From assembly GCF_000015585.1 (NCBI RefSeq), contig NC_008789.1:240001-272000 (forward strand): a stretch of 32,000 bases of DNA, written 5' to 3'. Numbering within the stretch: position 1 is the first letter of the stretch; each line of letters begins with the position of its first letter. A model generated the notes under the pieces. The model was not told the DNA's origin and ran no database searches. It saw only the letters and a program-made list of their open reading frames with translations. The stretch comes from Halorhodospira halophila SL1. GTDB taxonomy: Bacteria > Pseudomonadota > Gammaproteobacteria > Nitrococcales > Halorhodospiraceae. The translations under genes and the position numbers were made by a program. Shown piece by piece: positions 27,308 through 32,000 of this stretch.

Positions 27308-27336
27308 AGCATAAGGCAAAGCGCGGAACGACGCAA
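27308..27336 (-). promoter_or_regulatory. Candidate sigma70 promoter for the tRNA-Ser/ffs (and possibly dnaX) transcript
   Basis: The minus strand shows TTGCGT (27336-27331), a 17-nt spacer, then TATGCT (27313-27308), about 35 nt upstream of the mature tRNA 5' end. This is a motif match only and the -35 is weak. Confidence 0.25.
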
Positions 27337-27470
27337 ACGCCGCCGGGCGATCGGCCCGTCCTCCCGGACGGCCGGCAAGGCTTTTTAACATGCTGATCTT
27401 GCGCCGGGCGCACCGGACATGTTCTAGTTGAAAAGCATGACCAAGCGAATAGGCGACGCACAGGCGTCCG

Positions 27471-27574
27471 CTTCCATTCAGCCGCTGCCCGGCCCGGGCT
27501 CCATTCAAGCTACTGATCCCCCAGTGGCCGCGGCGCGCTCACCCCGAAAATAAACTGCACCACGCTCCATTCAA
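27471..27574. repeat. Three direct copies of a TCCATTCA core in the proV upstream region (candidate operator or leader element)
   Basis: CTTCCATTCAG occurs at 27471-27481. GCTCCATTCAA occurs at 27498-27508 and again as an identical 11-mer at 27564-27574. The last copy ends 14 nt before the proV ATG. Confidence 0.4.
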
Positions 27575-27588
27575 ACCGACGGATCAGC

Positions 27589-28788
27589 ATGACCGAAAAA
27601 CTCGTCGTAGAAGACCTCTACAAGATTTTCGGCCCGAAACCCGAACGGGCCATGGAGCTGCTGAAACAGGGCTATGACAAGGACGCGATCTTCCAGCGCA
27701 CCGGCAATACCGTCGGTGTGCGGGAAGCGAGTTTCACCATCCACGAGGGCGAAGTCTTCGTCATCATGGGCCTGTCGGGTTCCGGCAAATCGACCATGGT
27801 GCGGATGTTCAACCGCCTCATCGACCCGACCTACGGCCACATCTACCTCGACGGCCAGGACATCATGCAGATGAGCCAGCAGGAGCTCATCGACATGCGC
27901 CGCCGCGACATGTCCATGGTGTTCCAGTCCTTCGCCCTGCTCCCGCACAAGACCGTTGCCGAGAACGCCGCCTTCGGCCTCGACGTCTCCGGCCACGGCG
28001 CGACGGAGCGGCGCGAGAAGGCGCTCAAGGCCCTGGAGGCTGTGGGCCTGGCGGCCAACGCCGACAGCTTCCCGGACGAGCTCTCCGGCGGCATGAAACA
28101 GCGCGTGGGGCTGGCCCGCGCCCTGGCGACGGATCCAACCATTCTGCTCATGGACGAGGCCTTCTCGGCCCTCGACCCACTGATCCGTACCGAGATGCAG
28201 GATGAGCTCATCCGCCTGCAGCAGGAGCAGAGCCGCACCGTCATCTTCATCTCCCACGACCTGGACGAGGCCATGCGCATCGGCGATCGCATCGCCATCA
28301 TGGAGGGCGGCCAGGTGGTGCAGATCGGCACGCCGGAGGAGATCGTCTCCAACCCGGCCAACGAGTACGTGCGCTCCTTCTTCTACGGCGTCGACGTCAG
28401 CCAGGTCTACAACGCCGGCGACATCGCCGAGCGCCGCCGGGTCACCGTCATCCAGCGCCCCGGCGTGGACGTGCGCACCGCACTCGAGCGGCTCAAGCAC
28501 TACGCCAGCGACATCGGCGTGGTCATCGACCGCAGTCGCCGCTTCCAGGGCCTGGTCTCCATCGACAGCCTGACCGACGCCATCCGCAGCGGCGGCAGCA
28601 CCGAATACGGCGACGCCTTCCTCAGTGGCGTGCAGACCATCCCGGCCGACACGGCAATCTCCGACGTGCTCGGGCCGTCGGCCGAGAGCGAGTACCCGCT
28701 GGTCGTGGTGGATGACGACGGGCACTACGTCGGCACCCTCTCGCGCAGCCAGCTGCTGCTCACCCTGGATCGCACCCAACAGGCGTAA
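27589..28788 (+). CDS. proV: Glycine betaine/proline betaine ABC transporter, ATP-binding subunit with tandem CBS domains
   Basis: GLSGSGKST (Walker A), LSGGMKQRVGLARAL (signature) and ILLMDEAFSALD (Walker B) are present. The N-terminus (ELLKQGYDKDAIFQRTGNTVGV) is typical of ProV/OpuAA. The C-terminal roughly 120 aa is CBS-like. Confidence 0.93.
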   Translation: MTEKLVVEDLYKIFGPKPERAMELLKQGYDKDAIFQRTGNTVGVREASFTIHEGEVFVIMGLSGSGKSTMVRMFNRLIDPTYGHIYLDGQDIMQMSQQELIDMRRRDMSMVFQSFALLPHKTVAENAAFGLDVSGHGATERREKALKALEAVGLAANADSFPDELSGGMKQRVGLARALATDPTILLMDEAFSALDPLIRTEMQDELIRLQQEQSRTVIFISHDLDEAMRIGDRIAIMEGGQVVQIGTPEEIVSNPANEYVRSFFYGVDVSQVYNAGDIAERRRVTVIQRPGVDVRTALERLKHYASDIGVVIDRSRRFQGLVSIDSLTDAIRSGGSTEYGDAFLSGVQTIPADTAISDVLGPSAESEYPLVVVDDDGHYVGTLSRSQLLLTLDRTQQA

Positions 28789-28797
28789 GGGACAGAC

Positions 28798-29928
28798 ATG
28801 CAAGATCAACCGGATCTCGAGGAACACGAAACCATCGGCCCGCTGGACCAGGCGGCCGAGTGGTTCAGTGAGAACATCCTGGACAACATCACCATCGGCG
28901 ACTGGATCGAGGACGGCGTCGACTGGATCAGCGACAACCTGGAGCCCCTGCTCGACGGCATCGAGGGCGCCATCCGCGCTCTGGTCGACAGCACCGAGTT
29001 CCTCCTCCTCTACCCGCTGTGGATCGCCGCCTTCTTCCTGGTGGTCGGCGCCTGGCGCACCTGGGGCCGCAAGGCCGGACTGATCAGCCTCGCCGTGGCG
29101 GTGGCGCTGTTCGGCATGGGCCTGTTTTCCGAGACCGTGCAGGCGCTCTTGTGGTATCCGCCGCCGTGGGTGCTGGCGATCCTGCTCATCGCGGTGTCCT
29201 TCTGGCGGGTCGGGTGGCGCTTCGGCATCTTCGCCATCATCGCCCTGGCGCTGATCTTCAGCATGGAGCTGTGGCCGGAGACCATCCGCACCCTGTCGCT
29301 GGTGGTGGCCTCCTCCATCGCGGCGCTGATCATCGGCCTGCCCATCGGCATCGCCATGTCGCGCAACGACCGGGTGGAGATGGTGGTCCGCCCCATCCTC
29401 GACCTGATGCAGACCATGCCGCCGTTCGTCTACCTGATCCCGGCGGCGATCTTCTTCGGACTGGGCACGGTGCCGGGGGCCATCGCCACGCTGATCTTCG
29501 CCATGCCGCCGGCGGTGCGCCTGACCAACCTGGGCATCCGCCAGGTCAGCCAGGAGCACGTGGAGGCCGGCCAGGCCTTCGGCTGCACGCCGCGGCAGCT
29601 GCTGTTCAAGATCCAGCTGCCGCTGGCCACGCCATCGATCATGGCCGGGATCAACCAGACCATCATGCTCGCCCTGTCCATGGTGGTGATCGCCTCCATG
29701 ATCGGCGCCGGTGGCCTGGGTGGCACGGTGCTCACCGGCATCCAGCGCCTGCAGGTCGGGCTCGGCTTCGAGGGCGGTCTGGCCGTGGTCTTCCTGGCCA
29801 TCCTGCTCGACCGCATCAGCCAGAGCTTCGGCGAGCGTCAGCGCGGCAAGGGCCGCGACTACGGCGCCCTGCTGCGCTGGTTCTTCGGTCAAAAGCGCGA
29901 CCCGGCGCAACAGCCCCAGCAGGGCTGA
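28798..29928 (+). CDS. proW: Glycine betaine/proline betaine ABC transporter permease
   Basis: The long N-terminal extension with [14 protein letters not shown] is characteristic of ProW. The EAA-type loop region is [32 protein letters not shown]. There are multiple TM helices. Confidence 0.93.
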   Translation: MQDQPDLEEHETIGPLDQAAEWFSENILDNITIGDWIEDGVDWISDNLEPLLDGIEGAIRALVDSTEFLLLYPLWIAAFFLVVGAWRTWGRKAGLISLAVAVALFGMGLFSETVQALLWYPPPWVLAILLIAVSFWRVGWRFGIFAIIALALIFSMELWPETIRTLSLVVASSIAALIIGLPIGIAMSRNDRVEMVVRPILDLMQTMPPFVYLIPAAIFFGLGTVPGAIATLIFAMPPAVRLTNLGIRQVSQEHVEAGQAFGCTPRQLLFKIQLPLATPSIMAGINQTIMLALSMVVIASMIGAGGLGGTVLTGIQRLQVGLGFEGGLAVVFLAILLDRISQSFGERQRGKGRDYGALLRWFFGQKRDPAQQPQQG

Positions 29929-30004
29929 GCGCCCAACCGCCCGGCGGGTGCCCGACGGGTGCCCGACGGGCCGACTTCAAGGGAAGCAGCAGAGGAGCAA
30001 CACC

Positions 30005-30865
30005 ATGAAACGCATGACCACCGCTGCCGCCACCGCGGCGCTGACCGTGGGCATGGCCAGCGCGGCCAACGCCGACGAGATCCGCATCGGCTGGACGGCC
30101 TGGGCCGACGCCGAGTTCGTGACCCGCATGGCCGAGGACGTCATCACCAGCGAGTTCAACACCGACGTCGAGCTCGTCCAGACCGACATCGCCCCGCAGT
30201 ACACGGGCCTGGCCCAGGGCGACATCGATCTGATGCTGATGTCCTGGCAGCCGACCACCCACGAGGACTACGTCGAGCAGTTCGGCGACGACATCGTCGA
30301 TCTCGGCGTCCTGTACGGCGACGCCGCCCTGGGGTGGATCGTGCCGCAGGACCTCTACGACGAGGGCCTGACCTCCATCGAGGATCTCAAGGATCCGGAG
30401 TGGCACGACCGGCTGGACGGCCAGATCCAGGGCATCGACCCGGGCGCCGGCCTCACCCGCCTCTCCCACGACGTCATTGAGGACTACGACCTCGACTACA
30501 ACCTGATCGAGGCCTCGGACTCCGCAATGACGGCGGCACTGAACCGGGCTGCTCGCCGCGGGGACGCCATCGTGGTCACCGGCTGGAGCCCGCACTGGAA
30601 GTTCGGCGCCTGGAACCTGGCCTACCTGGAGGACCCCAAGGGCAGCCTGGGCGGAGCCGAGTCGATCCACGCCATGGCCCGTCAGGGCTTCGAGGGTGAC
30701 CACCCCGAGGTGGCCAGCTTCGCCAGCTGCATCGAGATCGACATCGACCTGCTCAACGAGTACATGTACCTCGGTCGCGAGGAAGGCACCGAGGAGGCTG
30801 TTGAGCAGTTCCTCGACGCGGAGGCCGACCTGGTCGATCAGTGGGTGGAGTGCGCCCGCAACTAA
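30005..30865 (+). CDS. proX: Glycine betaine ABC transporter periplasmic substrate-binding protein (OpuAC/ProX family)
   Basis: Signal peptide MKRMTTAAATAALTVGMASAANA|DE. IRIGWTAWADAEF, MLMSWQPTTHEDY, IQGIDPGAGL and VVTGWSPHWKF carry the Trp-rich betaine-box pattern. The start was moved to ATG 30005; the maximal ORF start at 29711 lies inside proW. Confidence 0.9.
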   Translation: MKRMTTAAATAALTVGMASAANADEIRIGWTAWADAEFVTRMAEDVITSEFNTDVELVQTDIAPQYTGLAQGDIDLMLMSWQPTTHEDYVEQFGDDIVDLGVLYGDAALGWIVPQDLYDEGLTSIEDLKDPEWHDRLDGQIQGIDPGAGLTRLSHDVIEDYDLDYNLIEASDSAMTAALNRAARRGDAIVVTGWSPHWKFGAWNLAYLEDPKGSLGGAESIHAMARQGFEGDHPEVASFASCIEIDIDLLNEYMYLGREEGTEEAVEQFLDAEADLVDQWVECARN

Positions 30866-30884
30866 GCGCCCTCCGGCCCCCACG

Positions 30885-30918
30885 CCGGGCCCGGCCCTTG
30901 CCGGGCCCGGGCCGTTTG
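30885..30918 (+). terminator. Stem-loop terminator candidate after proX
   Basis: CCGGGCCCGGC (30885-30895), loop CCTT, then GCCGGGCCCGG (30900-30910) form a perfect 11-bp GC stem. It is followed by GCCGTTTGG, which has only a short T run. Confidence 0.5.
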
Positions 30919-30987
30919 GGCAACACTGAGCGGCGCGTCAAGAAACGCATCACGAATAACGCATAGAGAGCGATAGAGGGAGTCACC

Positions 30988-32000
30988 ATGAACAACAAGA
31001 CCAAGAGCCTGGTCCTCTCCGGGGCGGCGGTCGCCCTGGCCACGCCGATGTCCTCGGCGCTGGCGCTGGACGACGTCCTGAGCTTCGGGGCGTGGGTGAA
31101 CTACAACTACAACGTTGATGACGACGCCAGCGAGGACCGCTTCGGCGATCTCGACTTCGAGTCCTTCAACATCTACGCCAACCACGAGCACGGCGACTGG
31201 TTCCTCGACTCGGAAGTCCGGTTGGGTAAGGGCAGTTTCCAGGGTTCCGGCATCAGCGAGCAAGGATCTGAAGCCACAGCAGACCGCAATGTCATCGGCA
31301 TTAAGGAACTGGCCATCGGCCGCCACTACGGCGAAGAGTGGACCATGACCATTGGTAAGACCACGGTCCCGTTCACCTACAGCCGTTTTAACTTCTGGCC
31401 GGGCGCCCGCAACATGGCCGGCTTCGACGACCAGGACGGGGTCGGTATCCGGTTCGATAACGACCCGGTCAACACCCCGTTCGACATGAGCCTCATGTTC
31501 GTCAAGAGCCAGAACTTCGGCAACGAGACCACCTCGCTTGACGACGGGCAGCGGACTTTCTGGGGAACCGATGACACTTACCACGTCATGAACACCCTGG
31601 TGGGTGACTTCGGTTTCACCACGGGTGATTTCCGCCACGGTGTCTCGGTGCAGGCAGGTCAGCTGGCCGACCAAGATGATACCGACGAGATCGAGGGCCA
31701 CTACGCGGCCGGTCTGTACTCCGAGGGCACCGTTGGCGCCCTGGACCTCTCCGCGCAGTTCGTGCACTACGACCTCGACGAAGTCGATGGCGACGTAACT
31801 CAAGGCTCCGGCCAGAAAGCCATGGTCAACGTGGGCACCGACGTAGGCAGCTGGTACACCTACAGCGACCTCTCCATGAGTATGCCCGACAGCGATATAG
31901 CAGATGATGACCAGATCGACCTGGTCCTTGGTGGTCGCTACAACTACGGCCCGGGTAACATCTACGTCGAGGTGCTGCTTGAAAACCTCACCGATGATGA
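30988..32000 (+). CDS. Secreted acidic beta-barrel (porin-like) outer-membrane protein, 5' partial (continues past the window)
   Basis: It is not in the ORF track because no stop falls in the window; the frame is open from 30988 to 32000. SD GAGGGAG lies 5 nt before the ATG. Signal peptide MNNKTKSLVLSGAAVALATPMSSALA|LDD. The mature part is rich in alternating aromatic/polar stretches (FGAWVNYNYNV, WFLDSEVRLG, IGIKELAIGRHY, WTMTIGKTTVPFTY, VGIRFDN, DMSLMFVK, YAAGLYSEG, LVLGGRYNYG) typical of porins. The family is not identified. Confidence 0.55.
   Translation, partial: MNNKTKSLVLSGAAVALATPMSSALALDDVLSFGAWVNYNYNVDDDASEDRFGDLDFESFNIYANHEHGDWFLDSEVRLGKGSFQGSGISEQGSEATADRNVIGIKELAIGRHYGEEWTMTIGKTTVPFTYSRFNFWPGARNMAGFDDQDGVGIRFDNDPVNTPFDMSLMFVKSQNFGNETTSLDDGQRTFWGTDDTYHVMNTLVGDFGFTTGDFRHGVSVQAGQLADQDDTDEIEGHYAAGLYSEGTVGALDLSAQFVHYDLDEVDGDVTQGSGQKAMVNVGTDVGSWYTYSDLSMSMPDSDIADDDQIDLVLGGRYNYGPGNIYVEVLLENLTDD

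Noticed and set aside
27571-29910. 779-aa minus-strand ORF
   Set aside because: It is antisense to proV and proW and has no motifs. It is a shadow ORF. The same applies to 29816-30883 (antisense to proX) and 30862-31803 (antisense to the porin-like gene).
30900-32000. Lower GC of the porin-like gene as evidence of horizontal transfer
   Set aside because: Outer-membrane beta-barrels are rich in Asn, Tyr, Thr, Lys and Phe, which depresses GC on its own. No mobility genes or repeats flank it. The dip is noted in the finding but not interpreted as HGT.

Overview
High-GC (about 65-70% by eye) chromosomal window of gammaproteobacterial type. The proteins are strikingly acidic, which suggests a halophile. 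Gene content resembles Ectothiorhodospiraceae-type genomes, but I could not verify that without a search. The window is almost entirely coding. I support 32 protein genes (two cut by the window edges), one SRP (4.5S) RNA and one tRNA-Ser(GGA).

Gene order:
- partial OMP-like gene > GT2 processive glycan synthase > GH26 hydrolase > stand-alone PilZ protein
- pyrD (-), lytic transglycosylase (+), glutaredoxin-like (-)
- ppk (+), converging on a minus-strand string ppsR > DUF1249 > IscR-like > sixA > ppx
- ppsA and glcDEF (+)
- RhdA-type rhodanese, orn, motB, motA (-)
- HDOD protein (+)
- HIT, recR, ybaB, dnaX, ffs, tRNA-Ser (-)
- proVWX-type betaine ABC transporter, then a partial porin-like gene (+)

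Many long ORFs in the supplied track are antisense or off-frame shadows typical of high-GC DNA. Several real genes start well inside their maximal ORF, so I re-called those starts.

I saw no CRISPR array, IS element or transposase, integrase, phage gene or recognisable defence gene. Most of the window is ordinary housekeeping DNA.

The best candidate for an undescribed system is the translationally coupled GT2 - GH26 - PilZ operon at 199-3765, apparently a c-di-GMP-gated exopolysaccharide machine with a split receptor and an unassigned polymer. Secondary curiosities:
- an IscR-type regulator that has lost two of its three cluster cysteines and heads a sixA-ppx unit
- a tRNA-Ser/4.5S RNA pair only 6 nt apart
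- a triple TCCATTCA repeat in the proV leader
- a porin-like gene behind proX
- an HDOD protein divergent from an isolated motAB pair

All functional calls rest on motif recognition by eye. No database search was run.
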